From assembly GCF_044324875.1 (NCBI RefSeq), contig NZ_CP172185.1: DNA of 64,000 bases. One strand, written 5' to 3'. Origin of the DNA: Escherichia coli. GTDB taxonomy: Bacteria; Pseudomonadota; Gammaproteobacteria; Enterobacterales; Enterobacteriaceae. This document shows positions 50,042-60,058 of the stretch, in pieces (position 1 is the first letter of the stretch; each line of letters starts with the position of its first letter). Both the position numbers and the translations under genes were made by a program. Under the pieces are notes generated by a model. That model was not told where the DNA came from. It worked only from the letters and a program-made list of their open reading frames with translations, and did not search any database.

Positions 50042-50277
50042 CCTTTTGTCTCAGTTGGCTTTCCAATATCTTTCATTGGTAGCAGCATTTCGATATTGCT
50101 TTTGATATATGGATTATCTGCATGTTCTGTTAATTGATAAATGATAGCATTTTTTTCATTCTGGTCTAATACAGAAAACATAACTGCAATCATATATTTA
50201 AGAGCCTCAATTTCTCCTGTTGTTGAGTTGGGGGATGAACAGTCCGCTGTAACATTAATAAAAGTTTCTTTTTTCAT
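50038..50277 (-). CDS. Hypothetical protein, convergent, AT-rich
   Basis: 79 aa ORF with AAGGA ribosome-binding site; 3' end overlaps the 3' end of the upstream plus-strand gene by 4 nt; visibly AT-rich. Confidence 0.45.
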   Translation of the reverse strand: MKKETFINVTADCSSPNSTTGEIEALKYMIAVMFSVLDQNEKNAIIYQLTEHADNPYIKSNIEMLLPMKDIGKPTETKG

Positions 50278-50401
50278 ATCAGATCCTTAGATGGGGTAGC
50301 TCAGCCAACCACCCGAGCCTTAACCGGAACGCCAGTGCCCACTACACTACTGGCGGGCTGAGGCTTTAACATATCCAGGGTTCAGAAAACGATAAATATC
50401 C

Positions 50402-50935
50402 ATGAGCACAAAAATCAGATACGGCCTGTCGGCTGCCGTTCTGGCGTTGATTGCTGCAGGTGCATCCGCTCCCGTCATTCTTGACCAGTTTCTGGACGAA
50501 AAAGAAGGTAATCACACTACGGCATACCGTGATGGCTCCGGTATATGGACCATCTGTCGGGGTGCCACGATGGTGGATGGAAAACCCGTTTTTCCCGGTA
50601 TGAAACTGTCGAAGGAAAAATGCGACCAGGTCAACGCCATCGAACGGGATAAGGCGCTGGCATGGGTGGAGCGCAATATTAAAGTTCCACTGACCGAAGC
50701 ACAGAAAGCGGGTATTGCGTCATTCTGTCCCTATAACATTGGCCCCGGTAAGTGTTTCCCGTCGACGTTTTATAAGCGGCTGAATGCCGGTGATCGTAAG
50801 GGCGCATGCGAGGCGATTCGCTGGTGGATAAAAGATGGTGGGCGCGATTGCCGCATACGTTCAAATAACTGCTATGGACAGGTTATTCGTCGTGACCAGG
50901 AAAGCGCATTAGCCTGTTGGGGAATAGATCAGTGA
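50402..50935 (+). CDS. Phage lysozyme (T4-lysozyme fold) with N-terminal signal-anchor, SAR-endolysin-like
   Basis: N-terminal hydrophobic [21 protein letters not shown] followed by catalytic E-x8-D-x5-T ([16 protein letters not shown]). Confidence 0.8.
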   Translation: MSTKIRYGLSAAVLALIAAGASAPVILDQFLDEKEGNHTTAYRDGSGIWTICRGATMVDGKPVFPGMKLSKEKCDQVNAIERDKALAWVERNIKVPLTEAQKAGIASFCPYNIGPGKCFPSTFYKRLNAGDRKGACEAIRWWIKDGGRDCRIRSNNCYGQVIRRDQESALACWGIDQ

Positions 50936-51399
50936 GCAGAGTCGCCGCGATTATTTATGCTCTGGTTATCTGCACTATCGTCTGCCTGTCGTGGGCGGTC
51001 AATCATTACCGTGATAACGCCATAGCCTACAAAGAACAGCGTGATAAAAAAGTCAGTGAGCTGAAGCAGGCGATCGCCACCATCGCTGACATGCAGCAGC
51101 GTCAGCGTGATGTTGCTGCGCTCGATGCAAAGTACTCGAGAGAATTAGCCAATGCGAAAGCTGAAAATGAAACTCTGCGCGCTGATGTTGCCGCTGGTCG
51201 TAAGCGCCTGCGGGTCAATGTCAGTTGCTCCGAAGCCGTGCGTGAAGCCACCGGACCCACCAGCGTGGATAATGCAACCAGCCCCCGACTGGCAGACACC
51301 GCTGAACGGGATTATTTCACCCTCAGAGAACGGTTGATGACGATGCAGAAGCAACTGGAAGGGGCACAGGAGTATATCCGCACTCAGTGCATTAAGTAG
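50932..51399 (+). CDS. Spanin, inner-membrane subunit (Rz)
   Basis: GTG start overlapping the endolysin stop; [38 protein letters not shown]... closely matches lambda Rz from memory. Confidence 0.8.
   Translation: MSRVAAIIYALVICTIVCLSWAVNHYRDNAIAYKEQRDKKVSELKQAIATIADMQQRQRDVAALDAKYSRELANAKAENETLRADVAAGRKRLRVNVSCSEAVREATGPTSVDNATSPRLADTAERDYFTLRERLMTMQKQLEGAQEYIRTQCIK
51152..51337 (+). CDS. Spanin, outer-membrane lipoprotein subunit (Rz1), embedded in Rz in the +1 frame
   Basis: [21 protein letters not shown]...[32 protein letters not shown]: lipobox and proline-rich region matching lambda Rz1. Confidence 0.8.
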   Translation: MRKLKMKLCALMLPLVVSACGSMSVAPKPCVKPPDPPAWIMQPAPDWQTPLNGIISPSENG

Positions 51400-51441
51400 C
51401 CTTTTTATCGTGGTAAACATTTCGCAGGGTATGAGGTATTT

Positions 51442-51792
51442 ATGCCATCACGAATCCCACGCGCCTGCCGTAAGCGTGGATGTGCAGGTACAACCACAGA
51501 CAGTTCTGGTTACTGCGATAAACATCGTGGCGAAGGATGGGTACAGCATCAACGCGGACTGAGCCGCCACCAGCGTGGCTATGGCTCGAAATGGGATGCC
51601 ATACGTGCGCGCATACTGAAGCGTGATAATCATCTGTGTCAGAACTGCCTGTGCAATGGGAGAGCTGTTGAAGCCAGAACTGTGGACCACATCATTCCGA
51701 AAGCTCATGGTGGCACGGATGCAGACAGTAACCTGCAGAGTCTGTGCTGGCCCTGTCATAAAGCAAAAACAGCGCGCGAACGCATCAATTGA
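51442..51792 (+). CDS. HNH endonuclease (terminase-associated)
   Basis: 116 aa with ...CQNC...DHIIPKAHGG...NLQSLCWPCH...; directly upstream of the terminase small subunit. Confidence 0.8.
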   Translation: MPSRIPRACRKRGCAGTTTDSSGYCDKHRGEGWVQHQRGLSRHQRGYGSKWDAIRARILKRDNHLCQNCLCNGRAVEARTVDHIIPKAHGGTDADSNLQSLCWPCHKAKTARERIN

Positions 51793-51939
51793 TAACAGCT
51801 CCCATCTGCAGGGGAGGGGCGGGTCAAATCTCTGCAACCCAGGCTGCTCAGTACCGCCGCCTTGCCTTTCCTCGCATCGCCGCAGGTTCGAAAACTTTTT
51901 TTTGGAAAGTTATTAAATGATTGATAGGTAAAACCGATT

Positions 51940-52422
51940 ATGTCAGGACCCCCGAAAACCCCGCCACGCCTGCATTTGATACGAGGCAACCCCTCAAAGC
52001 GCCCCGTTAAAGACCCAAAAAAAACCGCTAAAAAGGATGAAAAAGGTCTCCCTAAAATTCCGCAACATTTAGGGTCGCAGGGGAAGTACTGGTTCAGGCG
52101 AATGGCGGAAGAACTGAATGCGGAAGGGATCATTTCTCAGCTTGATGCGCGTGCACTCGAGTTACTGGTGGAAGCCTACACCGAATACCGGCATTACTGC
52201 GAAACACTCGATGTTGAGGGGTATACCTACCGCACGGAAACGCAGAACGGTGATGTGCTGATTAAGGCACACCCGGCTGCTGCGATGAAAGCGGATGCCT
52301 GGAAGCGGATCCGGGCGATGCTTGCAGAATTTGGTATGTCACCGGCAAGCCGGGCGAAAGTAAATACCGCCGGACCGGATGATGTTGATCCGCTGGCGGA
52401 GCTTTTAAAAGCGAGAGACTGA
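51940..52422 (+). CDS. Terminase small subunit
   Basis: 160 aa ORF immediately preceding and abutting the terminase large subunit. Confidence 0.7.
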   Translation: MSGPPKTPPRLHLIRGNPSKRPVKDPKKTAKKDEKGLPKIPQHLGSQGKYWFRRMAEELNAEGIISQLDARALELLVEAYTEYRHYCETLDVEGYTYRTETQNGDVLIKAHPAAAMKADAWKRIRAMLAEFGMSPASRAKVNTAGPDDVDPLAELLKARD

Positions 52423-54179
52423 TGGCAAAAGTGGCTGACGGGATCCGCTACGCCGAACGTGTTGTTGCAGGAGAAATTGTTGCTGGCGAATTTGTCCGCC
52501 TAGCCTGCCAGCGTTTTCTTGATGATCTGAAGTACGGCGAAGAGCGGGGGATTTATTTCAGTGAACCCCGTGCGCAGCACATCCTGAATTTCTACAAATT
52601 TGTGCCCCATGTGAAAGGGGCGCTGGCAGGCCAGCCCATTGAGTTGATGGACTGGCATGTATTTATCCTCATTAATATTTTTGGTTTTGTCATTCCGCTG
52701 GTGAATGAAGAGACCGGGGAAGTTGTCATGCGCAGCGATGGCAGCGGACGCCCGGTGATGGTGCGCCGGTTCCGGACGGCGTACAACGAAGTCGCCCGTA
52801 AAAACGCAAAATCAACCCTGTCATCGGGTATCGGCCTGTATATGACGGGGGCAGATGGTGAAGGCGGTGCTGAGGTTTATTCAGCCGCAACCACGCGTGA
52901 TCAGGCCAGAATTGTGTTTGAAGACGCCAAAAATATGGTCAGAAAAGCCCGGTCGACACTCGGGCGGTTGTTTGATTTCAACAAGCTGGCGATTTACCAG
53001 GAGCAGAGCGCATCAAAATTTGAGCCGCTTTCCTCGGATGCAAACAATCTGGACGGTCTGAACATCCACTGCGCCATTATTGATGAGCTGCATGCACATA
53101 AAACCCGTGACGTGTGGGACGTTCTGGAAACGGCAACCGGTGCCCGTCTGCAGTCCCTTTTATTTGGTATCACCACGGCAGGGTTTAACAAGGAAGGGAT
53201 TTGTTACGAGCAGCGTGATTACGCCATCAAGGTATTGCGTGGCTATAACAGCGACGTGGAGGGCGCGGTAAAAGACGACTCCTACTTTGCGATTATTTAC
53301 ACCCTCGATGAGGGAGATGATCCGTTTGATGAAACGGTCTGGCAGAAAGCGAATCCCGGCCTGGGCATCTGTAAACGCTGGGATGATCTGCGTCGCCTGG
53401 CGAAAAAAGCGAAAGAACAGGTCTCTGCGCGGGTGAATTTTTTTACCAAACACATGAATGTGTGGGTCACTGCCGAATCAGCCTGGATGGACATGATTAA
53501 GTGGGAGAAGTGCGAATATATTGCTCCACGACATGAGCTGAAAACATATCCCATGTGGGTCGGCGTTGACCTTGCTCATAAGATTGATATCTGTGCAGCG
53601 GCAAAACTCTGGCGAACGGATAACGGGCATGTTCATGCCGATTTTAAATTCTGGCTTCCGGAAGGACGGCTGGAACGATGCTCGCGGCAGCAGGCAGAAC
53701 TTTACCGGAAGTGGGCGGAGATGGATAAGCTGATTCTGACGGATGGTGATGTTATCGATCATGGCCAGATAAAAAGTGACTTACTGGAATGGACTGGTGG
53801 TGAAAACCTCAGGGAACTGGGATTTGACCCGTGGAGCGCGATGCAGTTCAGCCTGGCACTGGCTGAAGAAGGGATACCGCTGGTGGAGGTTCCGCAGACG
53901 GTTCGCAATCTGTCAGAGGCCATGAAGGAAACGGAATCACTGGTCTATGCCGGGCGTTTCCATCACAGCAATCACCCGGTCATGAACTGGATGATGTCTA
54001 ACGTTACGGTGAAACCGGACAAAAACGACAATATCTTCCCGAATAAATGCACGCCGGAAGCCAAAATCGACGGCCCTGTTGCGCTTTTTACAGCCATGAG
54101 CCGCCTTCTGGTAAATGGCGGGGACGTGAATGACTTTCTGTCCACGCTTGATCCTGATGAGGACCTGTTAATTCTGTGA
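52422..54179 (+). CDS. Terminase large subunit
   Basis: 585 aa; size and position fit a terminase ATPase/nuclease. Confidence 0.85.
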   Translation: MAKVADGIRYAERVVAGEIVAGEFVRLACQRFLDDLKYGEERGIYFSEPRAQHILNFYKFVPHVKGALAGQPIELMDWHVFILINIFGFVIPLVNEETGEVVMRSDGSGRPVMVRRFRTAYNEVARKNAKSTLSSGIGLYMTGADGEGGAEVYSAATTRDQARIVFEDAKNMVRKARSTLGRLFDFNKLAIYQEQSASKFEPLSSDANNLDGLNIHCAIIDELHAHKTRDVWDVLETATGARLQSLLFGITTAGFNKEGICYEQRDYAIKVLRGYNSDVEGAVKDDSYFAIIYTLDEGDDPFDETVWQKANPGLGICKRWDDLRRLAKKAKEQVSARVNFFTKHMNVWVTAESAWMDMIKWEKCEYIAPRHELKTYPMWVGVDLAHKIDICAAAKLWRTDNGHVHADFKFWLPEGRLERCSRQQAELYRKWAEMDKLILTDGDVIDHGQIKSDLLEWTGGENLRELGFDPWSAMQFSLALAEEGIPLVEVPQTVRNLSEAMKETESLVYAGRFHHSNHPVMNWMMSNVTVKPDKNDNIFPNKCTPEAKIDGPVALFTAMSRLLVNGGDVNDFLSTLDPDEDLLIL

Positions 54180-54326
54180 AACAGCTTATTACTGATATGA
54201 CCGGGCTGATCGGTTTCGGTCTGCTCACTGCTGGCGTTTATCTGTATGCAGGTCTGCCAGCGTCTCTGATCCTGTCCGGCTGTTTGTTACTGCTTTATGC
54301 ACTGGTGGTGTCCATGAGGAGAAAAC

Positions 54327-55553
54327 ATGCTTCTTGATGCTCTGTTTCGCAGTGAACCTCTGGAAAATCCCTCGGTTCCGGTAACCGGAGAGACAGCTGA
54401 GACGGATAATATTTTTGCCCGGGATGTGTATGTCAGTCCGGAAACATCCATGAAGCTGGCTGCTGTCTATGCCTGTATTTATGTTATTTCATCCAGTGTG
54501 GCTCAGATGCCCCTGCATGTGATGCGAAAAACGGATGACCAGGTTCATCCGGCACGCGATCACCCGTTGTTCTGGCTCGTTCATGATGAACCGAATGCCT
54601 GGCAGACCAGCTATAAGTGGCGGGAACTGAAGCAGCGTCATGTGCTGGGGTGGGGCAATGGTTATACGTGGGTAAAACGTAATCGTCGTGGCGAGGTTAC
54701 CAGTCTTGAATGCTGTATGCCATGGGAAACCACGTTACTTAACACCGGTGGGCGTCATACCTACGGGGTGTATAACGAAGAGGGCGCATTTGCGGTAAGT
54801 CCGGACGACATGATCCATATCAGGGCACTGGGAAACAATCAGAAAATGGGACTGAGTCCGATCATGCAGCATGCTGAAACCATTGGCATGGGGATGAGCG
54901 GCCAGCAGTATACCAGTGCCTTTTTTAATGGTAACGCGCGTCCTGCCGGTATTATTTCTGTGAAAAATGAACTGAACGAACAGAGCTGGAGCAGGCTTAA
55001 AAATATGTGGCAGCGGGCGGTGACAGGGCTTCGCAGTCAGGAAAATAAAACTATGCTCCTGCCCGCGCAACTGGATTACCGTGCTCTGACAGTTTCACCG
55101 GTGGATGCTCAGATCATTGATATGACCAAACTGAACAGGTCGATGATTGCCGGGATTTTTAATGTCCCGGCGCACATGATTAATGACCTGGAAAAAGCCA
55201 CGTTTTCGAATATTACACAGCAGGCGATTCAGTTTGTTCGCTACACGATGATGCCCTGGGTTGCGAACTGGGAGCAGGAGCTTAACCGCCGCCTGTTTAC
55301 CCGTACAGAACGGGCTGCCGGGTATTACGTTCGTTTCAACCTCACGGGGTTGCTCCGTGGGACCCCACAGGAGCGTGCGCAGTTCTATCACTTTGCCATT
55401 ACAGATGGCTGGATGAGCCGGAATGAAGCCAGGGCATTTGAGGACATGAACCCGGTTGACGGTCTGGATGAAATGCTGGTCAGCGTAAATGCAGCAAATC
55501 CGTTGAATAACTTTAAAGATACGAAAGGCAAAGAGGAAAAGGACGATGAATGA
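54327..55553 (+). CDS. Portal protein (HK97 family)
   Basis: 408 aa following the terminase. Confidence 0.8.
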   Translation: MLLDALFRSEPLENPSVPVTGETAETDNIFARDVYVSPETSMKLAAVYACIYVISSSVAQMPLHVMRKTDDQVHPARDHPLFWLVHDEPNAWQTSYKWRELKQRHVLGWGNGYTWVKRNRRGEVTSLECCMPWETTLLNTGGRHTYGVYNEEGAFAVSPDDMIHIRALGNNQKMGLSPIMQHAETIGMGMSGQQYTSAFFNGNARPAGIISVKNELNEQSWSRLKNMWQRAVTGLRSQENKTMLLPAQLDYRALTVSPVDAQIIDMTKLNRSMIAGIFNVPAHMINDLEKATFSNITQQAIQFVRYTMMPWVANWEQELNRRLFTRTERAAGYYVRFNLTGLLRGTPQERAQFYHFAITDGWMSRNEARAFEDMNPVDGLDEMLVSVNAANPLNNFKDTKGKEEKDDE

Positions 55554-56148
55554 CCGTGAAATCCGTTGTTACAGCGGTGAGGTGCGTGCTGAGAAGCATG
55601 ACGATAACCCGGCGCACATTATCGGTTATGGATCGGTGTTTGACAGTCGTTCTGAGCTGATATTCGGTTCATTCCGCGAAATCATCCGGCCCGGCGCTTT
55701 TGACGATGTGCTTGGTGATGATGTACGCGCACTGTTTAACCACGATCCTAATTTTATTCTTGGGCGTAGTGCAGCAGGCACGCTGAATCTTTCAGTTGAT
55801 GAACGTGGATTGCGCTATGACATCCAGGCTCCGGAGACACAGACCATTCGTGACCTGGTGCTGACCCCGATGCAACGCGGAGATATTAACCAGTCATCTT
55901 TCGCTTTCCGTGTCGCCCGTGACGGCGAGGAGTGGTATCAGGATGAGGACGGGGTTGTTATTCGCGAGATAACCCGCTTTTCCCGCCTGTTTGATGTCAG
56001 CCCGGTGACATATGCGGCCTATCAGGAGGCAGAATCTGGCGTTCGCTCGATGAAAGCCTGGCAGGAAGCGCGGGCGAGTGGTGCGCTGAAGAAAGCTGTT
56101 AATGAACGAATGGCGCGTGAGCGCCTTTTGACCCTTCTTAATGCATAA
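55546..56148 (+). CDS. Prohead protease (HK97 family)
   Basis: 200 aa between portal and major capsid genes. Confidence 0.75.
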   Translation: MNDREIRCYSGEVRAEKHDDNPAHIIGYGSVFDSRSELIFGSFREIIRPGAFDDVLGDDVRALFNHDPNFILGRSAAGTLNLSVDERGLRYDIQAPETQTIRDLVLTPMQRGDINQSSFAFRVARDGEEWYQDEDGVVIREITRFSRLFDVSPVTYAAYQEAESGVRSMKAWQEARASGALKKAVNERMARERLLTLLNA

Positions 56149-56162
56149 GGATACTACTGACG

Positions 56163-57380
56163 ATGAAACTTCATGAGATGAGGCAAAAACGAAACACCAT
56201 TGCAAAGGATATGCGTGCACTGCATGAAAAAATTGGTGATAACGCATGGACTGATGAGCAACGGGCAGAGTGGAACAGGGCGAAAGCTGAGCTGGATGCG
56301 CTGGATGAGCAAATCGCCCGTGAAGAAGAGTTGCGCCGTCAGGATCAGGCATATGTGGATGAGTCCGGGCCGGAAGAGCGCCAGAATAATGAGGCGGAGA
56401 ACGGGAAAAAGGCGGTGGAAGAGAAGCGTGCTGCGGCATTTAACCGTTTTCTGCGTGCCGGATTTGCAGAACTGAATGCTGAAGAGCGTAATCTGATGCG
56501 TGAACTGCGGGCTCAGGGTGTAACAACGGATTCTCAGGGCGGATATACGGTGCCCACGCAGATGCGTAACAAAATCATTGACGCCATGAAGGCTTATGGC
56601 GGGATTGCCGGTGTGGCACAACTTCTGACCACATCAACCGGGCAGGATATCACCTGGTCAACGTCTGACGGCACGACTGAAGAGGGCGAACTGCTGGCGG
56701 AAAATACAGCCGCAACGGAGCAGGATGTGACGTTCGGGACTGCTATTCTGGGGGCTAAAAAGCTGTCATCAAAAATAATTCGTGTGTCCAATGAGCTGCT
56801 CCAGGACAGTGGGGTGGATATTGAATCTTATCTGGCAAACCGTATTGCCCAGCGTATTGGTCGTGGAGAGGCAAAATATCTGGTTCAGGGGACCGGAACG
56901 GGATCACCGTTACAGCCAAAAGGGCTGGCAGCGTCGGTGACGGGAACCATCCAGACTGCAGCTTCTGCCGCTTTCACCTGGAAAGAAATGAATGCCCTGA
57001 AACATGCCATTGATCCGGCATATCGTGGTGGGCCGAAATACCGCTGGGCATTCAATGATGCCACATTGCAGACTATTGAACAGATGGAGGATGGACAGAA
57101 ACGCCCGTTATGGCTTCCGGATATTGCAGGCGGTACGCCAGCTACTGTGCTGGGGATCCCTTATGTTATTGATCAGGCTATTGACGGGATTGGTACCGGG
57201 AAAAAATTCATTTTCCTGGGGGATTTCAACCGCTTTATCATTCGCCGCGTTACTTATATGGAGCTGAAACGTCTGGTTGAGCGTTATGCTGAGTTTGATC
57301 AGGTAGCATTTCTTGCTTTCCATCGTTTTGACTGTGTGCTGGAAGATGTGGCAGCCATCAAGGCGCTCACTGGCAAATAA
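56163..57380 (+). CDS. Major capsid protein (HK97 fold)
   Basis: 405 aa with N-terminal coiled-coil/scaffold-like delta region (MKLHEMRQKRNTIAKDMRALHEKI...). Confidence 0.8.
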   Translation: MKLHEMRQKRNTIAKDMRALHEKIGDNAWTDEQRAEWNRAKAELDALDEQIAREEELRRQDQAYVDESGPEERQNNEAENGKKAVEEKRAAAFNRFLRAGFAELNAEERNLMRELRAQGVTTDSQGGYTVPTQMRNKIIDAMKAYGGIAGVAQLLTTSTGQDITWSTSDGTTEEGELLAENTAATEQDVTFGTAILGAKKLSSKIIRVSNELLQDSGVDIESYLANRIAQRIGRGEAKYLVQGTGTGSPLQPKGLAASVTGTIQTAASAAFTWKEMNALKHAIDPAYRGGPKYRWAFNDATLQTIEQMEDGQKRPLWLPDIAGGTPATVLGIPYVIDQAIDGIGTGKKFIFLGDFNRFIIRRVTYMELKRLVERYAEFDQVAFLAFHRFDCVLEDVAAIKALTGK

Positions 57381-57456
57381 CCACACGTTGTTCAGTTACA
57401 GACCGCGCCGACGCGGTTTTTTTATGCCCGCACAGTGTTGCGGGCAGGAGTTTCTG

Positions 57457-57774
57457 ATGGCAGCAATAGTGGAAAAACTCAGGACGCAGTGCCGTATTGA
57501 TACAGATGATGCAACTGATGATGAGTTACTGATGCTGTATTTCCGGGCTGCCTGTCGTAAGGCAGAAAACTTTATCAACCGTAAGCTCTATGAGGAGACG
57601 GTGCCGGAGGATGATCCTGAAGGGGTGCTTATTGCTGATGATGTTTTGCTGGCGCTCATGTTGCTGGTCGGGCACTGGTACGAAAACCGGGAAAATTCCT
57701 CAGATGTCAGCAAGGCTCCCATACCGTTTGGTTTTTCCTCTCTTCTGGAGCCTTATCGTTTTATTCCTTTGTAG
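57457..57774 (+). CDS. Head-tail connector protein
   Basis: ORF track frame 57313..57774; start at internal MAAIVEKLRTQ... after GCAGGAG; size and position. Confidence 0.6.
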   Translation: MAAIVEKLRTQCRIDTDDATDDELLMLYFRAACRKAENFINRKLYEETVPEDDPEGVLIADDVLLALMLLVGHWYENRENSSDVSKAPIPFGFSSLLEPYRFIPL

Positions 57775-57782
57775 GAGGAGCC

Positions 57783-58121
57783 ATGCAGGCGGGAAGATTA
57801 CGCGATCGTGTGGTTATTCTGAATGCCACCACCGTTCGCTCTCCGTCAGGGCACCCGGTGGAGACGATGACGGAGGGAGCCACCGTATGGGCAGAGGTTA
57901 AAGGGATCAGTGGACGGGAACGTATATCGGGCGGTGCGGAAACCGCTCAGGCTACCGTGAGAGTCTGGATGAGATTCCGGCGCGATGTGACAGCAACTTC
58001 ATGTCTGAAAGTGCTGACTGGTGCATTCAAAGGAGCGATTCTGAGTATAGACGGTCCGCCGATACCGGATGCACGTGCCACCCGGATTGAAATACTCTGC
58101 TCTCAGAAGGGGAATGTGTGA
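57783..58121 (+). CDS. Head closure / head-tail adaptor protein
   Basis: 112 aa, positional. Confidence 0.6.
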   Translation: MQAGRLRDRVVILNATTVRSPSGHPVETMTEGATVWAEVKGISGRERISGGAETAQATVRVWMRFRRDVTATSCLKVLTGAFKGAILSIDGPPIPDARATRIEILCSQKGNV

Positions 58122-58567
58122 TGGATTTCAGTCTTGATTTTTCCGGCCTGGCAGATATTGCACGGGATCTGGAGACGCTCAGCAGGGCAGAAAACAATAA
58201 GGTACTGCGCGATGCCACCCGTGCCGGTGCTGAAATTATGCGGGATGCGGTTGTTGAACGTGCGCCGGAGCAAACCGGGAAACTGAAGAAAAATGTGGTT
58301 GTTCTCACTCAGCGTTCAAAGCGTCGGGGGGAAATTATCTCGGGTGTCCACATTCGCGGACGGAACCTGCGAACCGGAAACAGTGATAACAGCATGAAAG
58401 CCAGCGATCCCCGGAATGCGTTTTACTGGCGCTTTGTCGAACTGGGCACGGTAAATATGCCCGCACATCCGTTCATTCGTCCGGCGTTTGATACGACTGA
58501 GGAACTGGCGGCACGGGTTGCCATACAGAGAATGAATCAGGCTATTGATGAGGTATTAAGTAAATGA
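58118..58567 (+). CDS. Tail completion protein (HK97 gp10-like)
   Basis: 149 aa, overlapping start/stop with neighbours. Confidence 0.6.
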   Translation: MMDFSLDFSGLADIARDLETLSRAENNKVLRDATRAGAEIMRDAVVERAPEQTGKLKKNVVVLTQRSKRRGEIISGVHIRGRNLRTGNSDNSMKASDPRNAFYWRFVELGTVNMPAHPFIRPAFDTTEELAARVAIQRMNQAIDEVLSK

Positions 58568-58908
58568 GGGAGGCCGCACTGTATTCCCGGCTCTCTGAGC
58601 TGGCCGGAGGACAGGTTTACCCTTATGTGGTCCCGCTGACGGAGGGAAAGCCTGCGGTATCTCCGCCGTGGCTGGTGTTTTCTGTGGTGTCTGATACCGC
58701 ATCTGATGTGCTTGATGGTCAGGCTGAATCCAGAATTACCGTGCAGATCGATGTCTGGGCAAGGATACCTGATGACGCAGATAATATCCGTGAGCAGGCG
58801 CTTGATGCGGTAAGGCAACTTGCACCCTCCGTTATTTCTAAAACGCAGGGTTATGATCCTGATTCCCGTCTGAGCAGAGCCACGCTTGAATTTCAGGTAA
58901 TAGCCTGA
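58564..58908 (+). CDS. Tail-component protein
   Basis: 114 aa; positional. Confidence 0.5.
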   Translation: MREAALYSRLSELAGGQVYPYVVPLTEGKPAVSPPWLVFSVVSDTASDVLDGQAESRITVQIDVWARIPDDADNIREQALDAVRQLAPSVISKTQGYDPDSRLSRATLEFQVIA

Positions 58909-58967
58909 GGTCGTTAATGATTTTACCCACCCGCCGCTGGCGGGTTTTTTATTTTCAGGAGACGAGT

Positions 58968-59672
58968 ATGCCCTCGAATTTTGAACGTTCGCAACTGACG
59001 AAAATTATGATTTCGTCCGTACCGGTAAGGAAAGAAACACTGGATTCTGCCAGTTTTCTTGAACTGAGCTGTACGATTAAAGAGGTTCAGTTTACCGCCG
59101 GGCAGAAACAGGACATTGACGTCACCACGCTGTGTTCTGTTGAGCAGGAGAATATCAACGGTCTTGGGGCTGCTTCAGAGATTTCCATGTCAGGAAATTT
59201 TTATGTCAATGCTGCCCAGAACGCGTTGCGCAGTGCCTATGACAATGACGCCACGTATGGCTTTAAAGTTATTTTTCCGTCAGGCAACGGATTTACCTTT
59301 ATGGCAGAGGTGCGTCAGCATACCTGGTCTGCAGGTACTAACGGCGTGGTGGCTGCCACATTTTCCCTTCGCCTGAAAGGTAAGCCTGTGCTGACCACAC
59401 AGTTGCTGAAAGTTAAGCTTGACTTAAAAAGTACGCTGAAAGTCTCTACCGGCAATAAACTGGAAATGGTGGTTGAGGCTGCCGGTGGTGTGCCGCCTTA
59501 TTCTTATGTCTGGAAGAAAGGTGGTTCTCCTGTTGCCGGACAGACGGCGGCAACGTTCAGTAAGGCATCCGCAGTATCCGGTGATGCCGGTGCGTATACC
59601 TGCGAGATTTCTGATTCAGCAAGCCCTGTTAACAAGGTGACCTCCACTTCCTGCACTGTTACCGTCAGTTAA
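58968..59672 (+). CDS. Major tail protein with C-terminal Ig-like domain
   Basis: ORF track frame 58917..59672; start at MPSNFERSQ... after CAGGAGACGAGT; C-terminal segment ...GGVPPYSYVWKKGGSPVAGQTAATFSKASAVSGDAGAYTCEISD... looks Ig-like. Confidence 0.65.
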   Translation: MPSNFERSQLTKIMISSVPVRKETLDSASFLELSCTIKEVQFTAGQKQDIDVTTLCSVEQENINGLGAASEISMSGNFYVNAAQNALRSAYDNDATYGFKVIFPSGNGFTFMAEVRQHTWSAGTNGVVAATFSLRLKGKPVLTTQLLKVKLDLKSTLKVSTGNKLEMVVEAAGGVPPYSYVWKKGGSPVAGQTAATFSKASAVSGDAGAYTCEISDSASPVNKVTSTSCTVTVS

Positions 59673-60058
59673 TGAGGATAGATGTGATGACTAAAAATAT
59701 CCGTAATCTGGCACTGGCAACGATGTCGGGGTTTCGCCATAAAACTGTTGATGTGCCTGAATGGGAAGGGGCAACGGTTGTGTTACGGGAACCTTCTGCA
59801 GAAGCCTGGTTGCGCTGGCAGGAGATCGTTAAAGCAAAAGATGATGAGACACCGTTATCCGTTGCGGAGCGCGCCCGCCGAAATCTGAAAGCGGATGTTG
59901 AACTGTTCATCGATGTTCTGTGTGATACCGGACTGCAACCTGTATTTTCAGAGGATGATCGTGAACAGGTGATTGCCGTGTATGGCCCGGTGCATGCGCG
60001 GCTTCTTCGTCAGTCACTGGAACTGATCAGTGATGCCGGAGAGGTTAAAAAAAAGTAG
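59672..60058 (+). CDS. Tail assembly chaperone (gpG-like)
   Basis: 128 aa between major tail and tape measure genes; ends in a slippery A AAA AAG heptamer. Confidence 0.6.
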   Translation: MRIDVMTKNIRNLALATMSGFRHKTVDVPEWEGATVVLREPSAEAWLRWQEIVKAKDDETPLSVAERARRNLKADVELFIDVLCDTGLQPVFSEDDREQVIAVYGPVHARLLRQSLELISDAGEVKKK

